Part shown: one piece after another, positions 16,256 to 26,149 of the stretch
Layout: each line of letters begins with the position of its first letter
Numbering within the stretch: the first letter of the stretch is position 1
Virus record (IMG/VR): IMGVR_UViG_3300025577_000002
Source of the DNA: a virus
Direction: 5' to 3' (one strand)
DNA length: 60,938 bases
The notes under the pieces: generated by a model
The model's database searches: none
Told to the model about the DNA's origin: nothing
What the model saw: only the letters and a program-made list of their open reading frames with translations
Translations under genes and position numbers: made by a program

Positions 16256-18012
16256 TGGCTGGCATTGATCAACAAATTCAAACAAAGGTAGACGCCTACC
16301 GGAGTAATCCGCAAGCTCTACAGCAACGGTACCAGCAGAATCAAGAACTGTTAGACCTGCTTGCCTTACAGAAACTGAAGTCTGAGAAAGACGCTGCCGC
16401 TCGCGATATACAGATGCAGATGGCACAGTCCCCACAGACTATTAAACAGCAGCGTGAGCGTGAGCTTGTAGACCGTACTAAGCAGCAGATGACCGAGCAA
16501 ACCGCAGGCATCATGCAGCAGCGTCAGGCACAGCAGCAAAAGAACGTGCAGAAGGTTGCTCAACAAGGAGCCGCGACGCCACAAGCTATGCAGGGTGTTC
16601 AACAGGGTCTAGGTTCTTTGGCCAGCCAAGTTAAACCACAGACTGCGAAGATGGCTGCCGGTGGTATCGTTGGGTATGCAGCGGGTGAAGGCGTCGAGGG
16701 CCGTACGGGCCGTGCGAAGAAGTTCGCTGATTTGGCTCGTGTTAGGAAGTACCGTGAGGCGCTGAGAGCGACAGACCCAGACAAAGAGGCAGGTCTGACC
16801 AATATAGAGATTCTTGAGCTTCTTGACGCACAAGAAATGCAGCCAAAAACAGCACCGACAGACTATAAAACTATGTTTATGGGCGACCCTAGCGCTGTAG
16901 CGGAAGATCCTAGCGCTGTAGTGGAAGAAGTTGTAGTGGAAGATCCTAGCGCTGTAGTGGAAGAAGTTGTAGCGGAAGATCCTAGCGCTGTAGTGGAGAC
17001 TCCACAAGCTCCAAAAGAAGATCCAACCCCTGCTCTTGGAGCCGGCTTACCTACGCTTAGCGCAACGGAAGTACCCGCGCCAGCTGTGGGCGCTGATGAA
17101 ATGATCGCGTCTGCTGGGCTTGGTAGCCTAGGAACTTCGGGCGATGCAGAAACAGCTGCCCGTGCAAGCTCTGACGAATACTTAGGACGTAAAGAGAAAG
17201 CCGATAAGTATGGTGAGCTTTCAGGCCGCCTAGCCGAATACGATGCTGCGGCGAACGACCCCGAAAAAGCACGAAGAGAGCGGACGTCTGCGTTCCTACG
17301 TAGTACCGCCGGAACTGGTGGGTTCGGGGCTATGATGGCTAGGGGTTCGCAAGGTATGTCGGACGAGCGCGTAGCGCAGGAAACCGCAAAGAGATCGCGT
17401 CTAATAGAGGCTATTGGTCTCGAAGAAGCGGCTATTGCCGCTGATGTTGGTATAGGGAAGACTGGGGCAGAGCTAGGTCAGGTTGCCGTACAGCAACTCG
17501 AAGCGAACAAACGACAAGTTTTACAGACTATGACTGAGCTGTCTCGGCAGGATAAGGAACGGATTGAGGGTAACGCAAATCGTGCGCTGGACGCGGAGCA
17601 AGGTAATCTAAGAGCCGCCGTGGATAGTATGGCAGCGCAAGCTAATAAGGACTTGCAGAACGCTATACAAGCTCAATCAAGTATACAAGCGTATGAGCAG
17701 TTAAAAGCTAAGGTAGCGACCCAAATGATGGAGTTTTCACAAGCTGCATTTGCAGAGGACGAACAACTAAGTATGTTGTTGCAAAAAGCTGCGAATTCTA
17801 AAGACCCGAAGGATATAGCCGCCGCTAATGCTCGCCAGAAAGAAGTTATGTTAATGACTAATTACCAGCTGAGGGATCTAATAGCGCATACGGGCCAGAT
17901 AGACGCGCAGCTCGCTAAACTCGGTGCCCCGACTAGTGCTGGTGGCGACAGTGTGGGTGGTGTTACACTGACAGCCGCGCAACAAGCGGCCCTAGATAAA
18001 TATTCACAATAA
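16255..18012 (+). CDS. Gln/Ala-rich internal virion protein candidate (585 aa)
   Basis: TAATG overlap with the previous gene. Long Q-rich helical N-terminus and an EDPSAVVEEVV tandem repeat. Confidence 0.5.
   Translation: MAGIDQQIQTKVDAYRSNPQALQQRYQQNQELLDLLALQKLKSEKDAAARDIQMQMAQSPQTIKQQRERELVDRTKQQMTEQTAGIMQQRQAQQQKNVQKVAQQGAATPQAMQGVQQGLGSLASQVKPQTAKMAAGGIVGYAAGEGVEGRTGRAKKFADLARVRKYREALRATDPDKEAGLTNIEILELLDAQEMQPKTAPTDYKTMFMGDPSAVAEDPSAVVEEVVVEDPSAVVEEVVAEDPSAVVETPQAPKEDPTPALGAGLPTLSATEVPAPAVGADEMIASAGLGSLGTSGDAETAARASSDEYLGRKEKADKYGELSGRLAEYDAAANDPEKARRERTSAFLRSTAGTGGFGAMMARGSQGMSDERVAQETAKRSRLIEAIGLEEAAIAADVGIGKTGAELGQVAVQQLEANKRQVLQTMTELSRQDKERIEGNANRALDAEQGNLRAAVDSMAAQANKDLQNAIQAQSSIQAYEQLKAKVATQMMEFSQAAFAEDEQLSMLLQKAANSKDPKDIAAANARQKEVMLMTNYQLRDLIAHTGQIDAQLAKLGAPTSAGGDSVGGVTLTAAQQAALDKYSQ
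16885..16997 (+). repeat. 36-bp coding tandem repeat (~3 copies; EDPSAVVEEVVx)
   Basis: gaagatcctagcgctgtagtggaagaagttgtagYg occurs at 16903-16938 and 16939-16974, with partial copies on both sides. Confidence 0.85.
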
Positions 18013-18027
18013 TAGAAGGTACCTTTA

Positions 18028-21000
18028 ATGGCTAGTATCGAGCAACTATTTACCGCACTTAATAACGCTGATGCAGCAGGTGACGTAGTCGCGGCTCGTG
18101 AGATAGCCGATGCAATACGAGCGATGCAAGGGGGCACTGCGCGGGACGTGGAGATGCCCCCTATGGCGTCAGTGAGAGAGCGAGACCCCTCGGAGTCTGG
18201 GTTCTTTGAAAACATAGCCACTGGTTTTGGTGCGGGTGCTGTAGGTATGGGTGAGGCAGCCTCACTCGGTGCAGCCGCCTTACTAGAAGAAGAAAGCGAA
18301 CTTGCAGTGCGTGAAAAAATCAAAGCCACTGCGGACTACCTACGTCCTGAAGGTGGTGATCCCGATTCTATTGCCTACAAGCTAGCGTCTGGTATTGGCT
18401 CTATAGCCGGTATTGCTGCGCCTGCCGCCGCCGCCGCGTTCGCTGCTCCCGCTAGCGCTGTTACAGCTGCCGGTCTTGGTGTTGCCGGTGCGCTGGGTGT
18501 TGGTGCTGGAGCTGGTGAAGCGAGTGAACGTGCCCGTGCAGCTGGAGCTACTGAAGAAGAACGTGGCTCTGCTACCCTTCGCGGTGCCGCCATTGGTTCC
18601 CTTGACGTACTTCCAATAGGTCGCATTATCAAAATTCCGGGGGTCACTGACCTCATGGAGAAACTTGGTGGTGACGCGGTTGGCCTGATAAACCGTTTCC
18701 GTAAGATGGCTGTAACAGGTACTGCCGAAGGTGTGCAGGAAGCCTCAACAGCTATATTGCAGAACCTTAACGAGCGCGGGTACAACGCAGAAGCAGAACT
18801 TGTTAACGCTGGTGTAGTCGAAGAAGGCGCAATTGGCGCGGGGTCTGGTGCAATATTGCAGGGTCTTGTTGACCTGTTTGTAAAAGGTAAGAGCGCAAAA
18901 GCTGTTGATCCCACGGCTGGTGAACCCCCCTTGCTGGAAGACGCTCCTGAATTCGATCAACCTACCCTAGAAGAAGGTCAGGTACAGGGAGAATTATTTG
19001 GGGCACGCGCTGCACCTAGCACTGTCGAAGAAGGAACTGATTACGGTAGCTCACTGACGGACTTCGCGGAAGATCAGATATCAGGGGCTGTAGCAAAGCT
19101 AGAAAGTGACGGTGTAGATCCTACGACTATTACCGAAGACATGGTGTTTGACACCATCGTAGAAACCCCAGAATTAAGAAGCGCAACCATACGGGATGAT
19201 CGTACTCCAGACATGTTTGGTATTGGGGGTATGGAGGCGACAGAGCAGCTGCAAAAAATGGAGCAGCAAGAGTTAACCGACGCGGAGATTGCCGCAGTTG
19301 CAGAGTCTCTGAGAGCAGACGAAGCTGCGGTAGCCGACCTTGCCGCGATGCGCGGGGAATCTGTAGAAGAAACCAAAGCCGCTGATGCGAAACGTGTAGA
19401 ACTTGCCGAACGTGCGGCTCCTCGTGCAGCTGCACTAGAAGCTGTTATTGCTGAACCGACTACCGGTAGCTATGTCAACCTCGAACGTAAGTTCGCTAAA
19501 GAACTAGATAGCCGTAACATCGCCAGTGGCGAGCGTGCTAAACCTACAAAGGCAGAGTCTGACCGTATCCGTAGAGCCGCAGATGCGTTTGCTGGTACGC
19601 GCCCTAAAGAAAAAGCCCCTAAAGCGCCGCAACAGACAATACAAGCTGCCCCAGAAGATACGCAACTAGACGAGCTGGAGTCACAGATACCCGAAGCGGT
19701 TAAGAAAGAACAAGTACCGTCACAGTTATCGTTCCCCGGTATGGGTAAGCGTAAGACCTCACCTGTAAAGAAGGGAGCACCGGAGCAGGCTGCTCAGGAA
19801 CAAGTCGCGCCTAAAGCAGTTACTAAAGAGTTCATGGACACGCTAGGTATTGCCCCGAGAGCGCCGATCCGGCAACGTGTCGAGGGTAAAGATCTTAATG
19901 ATGTCGGGGTTCGTGACCAGTTTGTCGCGTTCGCTAATAACCAGAAAGTACCTGAGCAGACCCGACTTAATATTGCACGGGAGCTAGAGGGTACGCCGGA
20001 GGCTCAGCTTGAACTATTTCAACCTACCCCACGTGGGAAAAAGCAACCCGAACAGCCTGAGTCGCAGCCAAGTAGAAGCGGCCTTTCGCCTATTGTACCA
20101 GCTATGGAATTCGAGCGATTGGAGCCTCTTACACGCGACGATACCGGACGAATTAGCGCCCCTACGCAAAAGGGATTGGCTACGGCTCGGCAGCGCCCTG
20201 CAAAAGCTGTTAGTGGAGCGGTCGAAACACAGCCTACACTAGCCTCGCCAACACCTGCTGTAGAACCAGTAGTTGCTAAGAAAGAGCCGGTCGCTAAGAA
20301 AGAACCAGTAGTCGCTAAGAAAGAACCTGAGAAAGCGCCAGTTGCTGAACCAGTAGTTGCTAAGAAAGAGCCGGTCGCTAAGAAAGAACCAGTAGTCGCT
20401 AAGAAAGAACCTGAGAAAGCGCCAGTTGCTGAACCAGTAGTTGCTAAGAAAGAGCCGGTCGCTAAGAAAGAACCCGCTGCACCACGTACGGTGTCTAAGC
20501 AACGCGATGAACGTTTCGCAGCCCAACCTGCTGAAGTTAGACGCACCGCTACCGAAGTTAGTAAAGAGTATTCCAATATCATCGGGGAGGATATTACGAC
20601 CCCCAATGATGGTACCAAGGTATTCAAGCTCCTTGATGACGGTGTAGCAGCACGCGATAAGGAAGGCAATGCAGCGGTAACGTATCTGAGTAAGGTAGAG
20701 CGCACGATCGATGGCCTGTACCTAGCCATATTCGACGTAGCTAACCAGACAAAACAGTTCCGACAGACTCCTGATATGCCGCAGGGTGAGATAGAGTTCT
20801 ACAACGGTATGGGTAATAAACCTGCACAGTTGACGCTAGCTTGGGCTAAGAAAAACTTGTCCAAAGAAACTAATGCGTGGATCGATACGACACTTGAAAA
20901 AGAACTTCGCAATGTGCAAAGGATCGAGAACACCGACTATATAGAATTGTTCCGTGCACGAGAGGCCAAGATAGCTGCACGAGAGGCCGCTGAACAGGCA

Positions 21001-24000
21001 CAGATCGATCTTGAAGATCAGGAAGACCTACGTGCCAACCTCGACGAACTCGCCCTTGACGAGCTAACTAGGATCTTTGAGAAGAAGATAACTCGTAATG
21101 CCGTAGTAGCTATGGATGCTCCAATGCACCCCCGTGCTCGGGTTATGCTAGGTACTGGCAATCTTAAAGGTGCCTTAGAGGCTATCGCGGGAACTACGCC
21201 GAACACTAAACTGTCTACAGCAGCTAGTAAATTGGCTGGTGTTGCTGGTGATACGAAGGTAGAGGTCGTCGAAGACTTGCAGGATGCGCAGGGTAACCCC
21301 GTCGCAGGCTTATTTGACCCCGAGACTAACACTGTCAAGCTAGATAGTGTTACAGGAACAAATACTCACGTAGTGCTTCATGAAGTAACGCACGCTGCGG
21401 TATCGGCCACACTAGCTAACCCAAGCCACCCGGTGACTAAACAGCTAACTAAGCTGTTTAACGACGTGAAAGATATGCTTGACAGTGCGTATGGTGCGCA
21501 AGACGTAGATGAGTTTGTATCTGAAGCGTTCAGTAACCCGGAGTTCCAAAAGAAGTTAGCTACGATGAACCCGAATGGCGAAGAGATCTCCGCGCTGCAA
21601 CGGTTCTTTAACTCTGTCGGTAACTTCCTACGTAAGATAGTCGGTATCCCACCTAAAGAGGTTGATACCGCTTTGACCGAAGCAGATCGGTTTATAGAAG
21701 CTATCCTTGCACCGGCACCGGACTCGCGTAACGCGGGGGAACTACTCATGAACTCCACACGTTCCGGTGTTAAGCAGAAGATGGAGGCTATTGGAGCCAT
21801 ACAGAAAGACCTAGCTCTACCACTAACTGATAAGTTTAGGGGTGAGTGGGCCGACGGTTCTGCACAGTGGTTGCGTAATGCAGCTGACGGTGTTCGTTCG
21901 TTACTACCAAAACTTACAGGTTCCCTAGCCCTTGCGGATATTGCAAAAGCTGTGGGCCTTAAAGATCTTGGTCTCCGCCTGCATGTATCGTTCGAAAACC
22001 AGCGCGGCGCTATGAGCCAGTCTGACGATCGAGTACACCAGAAAGTTAAGATAGTCGATAAGTGGGCTAGCAAGGCTGGTGTGGAAGGGCAGAAAACCCT
22101 GAACGACTTAATATATAGTGAAGAGTACGGCGCGACGATTTACCAAGTAGATCCTACGCTGACTACCGCACAGGCCCGTAAGAAATACGAAGGTGAGACC
22201 TCTGAGAGCGGTGAGAACCTCCTCACGATATGGAAAGCGCAGCGGAAAGACTGGAATGCCTTAGGTTCCGAAGGTCAGAACGCCTACACAACCATGCGCG
22301 ACATGTACCGATCACAGTACAACGAGTTGCGAGATGTTATCTACGGACGTATTGACGCCGCTATGAAGGAAAGCCCTGAAGCGGCAGCTACACTGAAGAA
22401 AGAAGTGTACGCTAAGTTGTTTGAGTCTGGCTCCCTAGATGTCTACTTCCCGTTAATGCGTGAGGGTAAATACTCCTTATCGTTTAGCTATAAAGCCGAC
22501 CGCGCTAAAAGCGAGAAAGACCAATTTGTCTTACAGATGTTCGATAACTACCGCGAACGTGACCGTGCAGCCGAGATGCTTCAAGAAGACGCAGATGTAG
22601 ATCAGAGCACTATCACTACCAAAGACGGTGCACTAGAGATACAAGACTACGCCAATGTACCGGCTACATCGTTTGTTGGGGAGACACTGAAGACGCTTAA
22701 AGCTAACAAAGTAGATCCTACGGTACAAGCAGAAATCATGCGCTTGTTCATCGAAGCACTGCCTGAATCGTCCTTCGCTAAGTCACTGCAAAAGCGTAAA
22801 GGAACTCCGGGGTATATGACCGATGCTATATACGCCATGAGAACCAAGGGGTACGACCTAGGCCGTCAGATTGAGCGTATGCGATATGGCGCAATAATCG
22901 GTGGTATCGAAGACGAGATTAAAGAAGCATTGCCACCGGCTGGCGGCGGTCAGGGTAAGGGGATTAAACCCGCATTCGACACCGTACGCAGCGAACTCTT
23001 GATACGGGGTAAGTTTGCACGCCAAGGGGCCGCGTCTAAAGGTATAGAAAAATACGTCCGTACCGTTAACCAGTTAGCGTTCGTAGCCACTATCGGGGCC
23101 AACGCTGCTTCTGCGGCAGTTAACTTATCGCAGATCCCCCTGTTTGTATATCCTTACTTGGGTGCTAAGTACGGTTACAAGGCGACTGCTGTTGCAATTA
23201 AAGAAGCCACCGCTATCGTTACGGGATCTAAGATCGGCACTGATGCAGGGTCTCGCGCAGGTAAAGCGCTTGACAAGGTGACCTTAGCTTTTGGTATCGA
23301 CGCATACTACGACACTAAAGACGGTGACTACTCAGTACGTACGGACTTGGGACTCGATGCCGGGCTAGTCAAACGCCTAGAAACCATCGCGCCTCTGGTC
23401 AAAGTAGCTTCTGAACGAGGGCAACTGTCCCGTTCATACATACTGGACGCCCTCGGCCTTGAAGAAGGTGGCCGAGAAGCGCGGGGTAATAAGCTGCAAC
23501 GAGCGTTAGACACGGGAACTGGTATCTCCGCAATGATGTTTAACCAAGCGGAGCGTTTTAACCGTCAGGTTACCTTGATCACAACCTATAACTTAGCGCT
23601 GGGTAAGATAGCCAAAGACAACCCTAACATGCCCCGTAACAAACAAAAGGACTTGGCAGCGCAACAAGCCATGATCGAGACCCAAGAAACAAACGGTGGT
23701 TCTGTACTCGAAACAGCCCCACGAGTTGCACAAGAAAACGTCTTACGTGTTGCTTCGATGTACAAAACGTACGGTATGCAGATGTACTACACCATGCTGA
23801 AAACCGCTCGGGTAGCGCTAGATACTGTTGCCAAAGAGAAAAAGTTTACTCCTGAAGAACGTTCTATAGCACTTCGGCAGCTCGCCGGATTACACGGAAC
23901 AGCACTATTCTTCTCAGGTATACACGGTATCCCCTTATATGGTGCAGTGCAGCTACTCGCGGATCTACTCTTGTTCGATGATGAAGACGATAAGTTCGAC

Positions 24001-24735
24001 GAGATAGTGCGTAAATCTGTCGGGCAGGGTTGGTACAAAGGCGCGTTCACGGAGCTAACGGGTATAAACATCGCCGATCGAGTACGTCTAACTGGACTAC
24101 TTATCCAACAAAATCGGTACAACAACGACCCGTCCGCTGAAGAGTCTATCGGGTACTACCTTGGTGGCCCTGCACTCAGTGTCGGCAAGCGGTTCGGTCG
24201 TGGCGTGAAAGACGTACTTGATGGGGAGATTCAGCGCGGTATAGAGAGTATGCTCCCTGCGGGTATCTCGAATATGTATAAGGCGTCACCAGTAATGGGG
24301 CGTTACCAGCAAGATGGTGGTATATACACTCGGCGCGGTGACCCTATATATGACGATATAACCGGGGGCGAATTGTTCACACAGTTCCTCGGATTCGCTC
24401 CTACAGAGTACTCGCGCAACCAAGAGATTAACCAGCGTGACAAGCGTGTAGAAGGCGCAGTGCTGAAACGCCGTAGTGGGATACTAAGAAAGTACTACGT
24501 CGCTATGCGTGCAGGTGATTTGGCGGGTGTGAACGAAGTTCGGGAGGAGATGGATGATTTTAACAGGGACCACCCATATGCGCGTATAGATAGGAAGACT
24601 GTTAAGAAGTCGCTCAAGTCACACAAAAATACGTCTGCGAAGATGTACAACGGTGTAACTATCAGCCCACTAATGAAGTACGCTATAGAGCAGAGCCGCT
24701 TAGAATACGACGAGGGGTTCAACTTATTTAACTAG
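18028..24735 (+). CDS. giant virion/internal protein with HExxH zincin motif, 2235 aa
   Basis: 6.7-kb ORF that is the last gene of the late arm. It has an Ala/Gly-rich hydrophobic N-terminal region and a Lys/Pro/Val-rich 28-aa tandem repeat. The HExxH motif is TNTHVVLHEVTHAAV (nt 21379-21393), with EFVSEAFSNPEF about 50 aa downstream. The C-terminal region contains ..GGPALSVGKRFGRG.., which is reminiscent of what I recall as PLxRFG-type large phage proteins. Confidence 0.7.
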   Translation: MASIEQLFTALNNADAAGDVVAAREIADAIRAMQGGTARDVEMPPMASVRERDPSESGFFENIATGFGAGAVGMGEAASLGAAALLEEESELAVREKIKATADYLRPEGGDPDSIAYKLASGIGSIAGIAAPAAAAAFAAPASAVTAAGLGVAGALGVGAGAGEASERARAAGATEEERGSATLRGAAIGSLDVLPIGRIIKIPGVTDLMEKLGGDAVGLINRFRKMAVTGTAEGVQEASTAILQNLNERGYNAEAELVNAGVVEEGAIGAGSGAILQGLVDLFVKGKSAKAVDPTAGEPPLLEDAPEFDQPTLEEGQVQGELFGARAAPSTVEEGTDYGSSLTDFAEDQISGAVAKLESDGVDPTTITEDMVFDTIVETPELRSATIRDDRTPDMFGIGGMEATEQLQKMEQQELTDAEIAAVAESLRADEAAVADLAAMRGESVEETKAADAKRVELAERAAPRAAALEAVIAEPTTGSYVNLERKFAKELDSRNIASGERAKPTKAESDRIRRAADAFAGTRPKEKAPKAPQQTIQAAPEDTQLDELESQIPEAVKKEQVPSQLSFPGMGKRKTSPVKKGAPEQAAQEQVAPKAVTKEFMDTLGIAPRAPIRQRVEGKDLNDVGVRDQFVAFANNQKVPEQTRLNIARELEGTPEAQLELFQPTPRGKKQPEQPESQPSRSGLSPIVPAMEFERLEPLTRDDTGRISAPTQKGLATARQRPAKAVSGAVETQPTLASPTPAVEPVVAKKEPVAKKEPVVAKKEPEKAPVAEPVVAKKEPVAKKEPVVAKKEPEKAPVAEPVVAKKEPVAKKEPAAPRTVSKQRDERFAAQPAEVRRTATEVSKEYSNIIGEDITTPNDGTKVFKLLDDGVAARDKEGNAAVTYLSKVERTIDGLYLAIFDVANQTKQFRQTPDMPQGEIEFYNGMGNKPAQLTLAWAKKNLSKETNAWIDTTLEKELRNVQRIENTDYIELFRAREAKIAAREAAEQAQIDLEDQEDLRANLDELALDELTRIFEKKITRNAVVAMDAPMHPRARVMLGTGNLKGALEAIAGTTPNTKLSTAASKLAGVAGDTKVEVVEDLQDAQGNPVAGLFDPETNTVKLDSVTGTNTHVVLHEVTHAAVSATLANPSHPVTKQLTKLFNDVKDMLDSAYGAQDVDEFVSEAFSNPEFQKKLATMNPNGEEISALQRFFNSVGNFLRKIVGIPPKEVDTALTEADRFIEAILAPAPDSRNAGELLMNSTRSGVKQKMEAIGAIQKDLALPLTDKFRGEWADGSAQWLRNAADGVRSLLPKLTGSLALADIAKAVGLKDLGLRLHVSFENQRGAMSQSDDRVHQKVKIVDKWASKAGVEGQKTLNDLIYSEEYGATIYQVDPTLTTAQARKKYEGETSESGENLLTIWKAQRKDWNALGSEGQNAYTTMRDMYRSQYNELRDVIYGRIDAAMKESPEAAATLKKEVYAKLFESGSLDVYFPLMREGKYSLSFSYKADRAKSEKDQFVLQMFDNYRERDRAAEMLQEDADVDQSTITTKDGALEIQDYANVPATSFVGETLKTLKANKVDPTVQAEIMRLFIEALPESSFAKSLQKRKGTPGYMTDAIYAMRTKGYDLGRQIERMRYGAIIGGIEDEIKEALPPAGGGQGKGIKPAFDTVRSELLIRGKFARQGAASKGIEKYVRTVNQLAFVATIGANAASAAVNLSQIPLFVYPYLGAKYGYKATAVAIKEATAIVTGSKIGTDAGSRAGKALDKVTLAFGIDAYYDTKDGDYSVRTDLGLDAGLVKRLETIAPLVKVASERGQLSRSYILDALGLEEGGREARGNKLQRALDTGTGISAMMFNQAERFNRQVTLITTYNLALGKIAKDNPNMPRNKQKDLAAQQAMIETQETNGGSVLETAPRVAQENVLRVASMYKTYGMQMYYTMLKTARVALDTVAKEKKFTPEERSIALRQLAGLHGTALFFSGIHGIPLYGAVQLLADLLLFDDEDDKFDEIVRKSVGQGWYKGAFTELTGINIADRVRLTGLLIQQNRYNNDPSAEESIGYYLGGPALSVGKRFGRGVKDVLDGEIQRGIESMLPAGISNMYKASPVMGRYQQDGGIYTRRGDPIYDDITGGELFTQFLGFAPTEYSRNQEINQRDKRVEGAVLKRRSGILRKYYVAMRAGDLAGVNEVREEMDDFNRDHPYARIDRKTVKKSLKSHKNTSAKMYNGVTISPLMKYAIEQSRLEYDEGFNLFN
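20263..20474 (+). repeat. perfect 84-bp tandem repeat, 2.5 copies (EPVVAKKEPVAKKEPVVAKKEPEKAPVA)
   Basis: Copy 1 is 20263-20346 and copy 2 is 20347-20430; the two are identical. A partial copy runs 20431-20474. Confidence 0.9.
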
Positions 24736-24746
24736 TAGGCCAACAA

Positions 24747-24770
24747 GGCCCTCGTGCAGAGGGCTTTTTA
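24747..24770 (+). terminator. rho-independent terminator at the convergence point of both arms
   Basis: Stem gccctc (24748-24753), loop gtgca, stem gagggc (24759-24764), then TTTTT (24765-24769). It lies 12 nt after the giant-gene stop and 11 nt beyond the minus-strand gene stop, so it could act on both. Confidence 0.75.
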
Positions 24771-24780
24771 GTCTGTGTAG

Positions 24781-26010
24781 CTACACGGTATACACTGTAC
24801 GCCTTGTTTGTGCAGTAGTCCCCGGCTCGTGCCCGCCTAGACAATCTTGTATCTCCTCACGCGTTACTGTACGCCGTCCTACCTCACCATAAGTTTTAGA
24901 CCGATCAACTACTGTTAGAAACGACCGACTCCTCCAACCATGCTCGTGAGCATACGCGTCAGCACCGGCCATCTGATTCCACGATTCTACGACGCAATTG
25001 CCGAGTTCTTTGGCAACACTTTTGTGGTGTATGTGACCAATGTCGATGTAGTGATAGATAGTCTCGCCATGATCCTGCGCGTAGTCAGTCGCCATAACGT
25101 CGGCTAATTTAGCGGGTTTGCACTTGTCGCTGTGATGCACCATGACGAAGGTGTTTCCCATACGGTAAGGTATGAACACGTTACTGTTCTCAAGTATCGT
25201 GATGCGTGGGTTATTCTCGTACAGCATAGACAGCCACATCTGGCTCATGTGATCTAGCACGCGGCTGTGGTTGCCTTGGTTAATGATCACGTCGACGTAT
25301 TTGAATTTCTGTGCACACCGCTCAATGATGTACCGGTATATTCTCCCGTAAACATGCGCCATACGGTATAGCCTACCATCTGTGTCGAGGACGTGGCCGC
25401 TGTGTGCCGTCGTACCGCTCATGTTGTCGTAGTGTGCAAAATCCCCGAGGTCATTAATAACACATCGTTCGCAAGCGGGGGTACGTGTTACCAAGCGGTC
25501 TATCGCTAGGCACAGTTCCTTTTCGGCTATCTCCAGATTGAAGTCTTGGCCTACTTCGGCGGCGTAAGCGATCATGCCAATGTGTGCGTCACCGATTTGG
25601 AACCACGGAACTATGTCCGTGTCTAAGCCGTCTTCGACGTATTCTTGTTGAACTAGCTCGGGAAGGGGTTCGAGAAAGGCCGTTATAGCAGCTTTGACAA
25701 CATCGATGTCGCGGTCCAGTTCGGTCTTGGCCCAGTATTGAAAGACCTGTCCATCCTTGACTTGTATGGTGGCCTTCGTTGCTGTCATGCCTTTAGGCAT
25801 GGGTACGTTCAGTCCGATGTCTGGGTGGTAGAACCGAGCGTGGGCTTTCTTTTTCAGGTTATGGAGGTGTTCGTTTATGGTTGTTTTGCTGAGCCCCAGT
25901 TCTGTCGCTATGGCCCGTTCAGATAGATGCTTGCGCTTCAATCGCAGAACTTCACCTTGCCTGCTGGTCAGTTCCATGTCGTCGAATATCTCGTTGCTCC
26001 AGTCCCACAT
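24781..26010 (-). CDS. HTH (LuxR/sigma70 region 4-like) fused to calcineurin-like metallophosphoesterase, 409 aa
   Basis: N-terminus is ..LTSRQGEVLRLKRKHLSERAIATELGLSKTTINEHLHNLKKK... The five metallophosphoesterase motifs occur in order: GDAHIG, LGDFAHYD, GNHSR, HHSD, GHIHH. Confidence 0.75.
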   Translation of the reverse strand: MWDWSNEIFDDMELTSRQGEVLRLKRKHLSERAIATELGLSKTTINEHLHNLKKKAHARFYHPDIGLNVPMPKGMTATKATIQVKDGQVFQYWAKTELDRDIDVVKAAITAFLEPLPELVQQEYVEDGLDTDIVPWFQIGDAHIGMIAYAAEVGQDFNLEIAEKELCLAIDRLVTRTPACERCVINDLGDFAHYDNMSGTTAHSGHVLDTDGRLYRMAHVYGRIYRYIIERCAQKFKYVDVIINQGNHSRVLDHMSQMWLSMLYENNPRITILENSNVFIPYRMGNTFVMVHHSDKCKPAKLADVMATDYAQDHGETIYHYIDIGHIHHKSVAKELGNCVVESWNQMAGADAYAHEHGWRSRSFLTVVDRSKTYGEVGRRTVTREEIQDCLGGHEPGTTAQTRRTVYTV

Positions 26011-26066
26011 TTTAATACCCTGAGTATGAATTTACGTCGTACCCTGATACTACACGATCTACAGGC

Positions 26067-26090
26067 AAAAAAAGCCCTCACGCGGAGGGC
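26067..26090 (-). terminator. rho-independent terminator (minus strand)
   Basis: On the minus strand: GCCCTC-cgcgt-GAGGGC followed by U7 (plus-strand A-run 26067-26073). It separates the replication operon from the HTH-phosphoesterase gene. Confidence 0.8.
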
Positions 26091-26149
26091 CTAACCAAGG
26101 AGAACGATAGTGGACCATGAGGGTGGTATAAACTATCTAGCTAAGTGTA

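Noticed and set aside
20019-20729. Long antisense ORFs inside the giant genes could be real genes. Examples are 20019-20729 (236 aa), 21378-22073 (231 aa), 18375-18914, 10539-11024, 12804-13259 and 8208-8609.
   Set aside because: They lie fully inside much longer sense ORFs with clear protein-like composition. Their own composition is low-complexity (S/A/P/R-rich), they lack RBSs, and they mirror the repeats of the sense strand. These are typical shadow ORFs.
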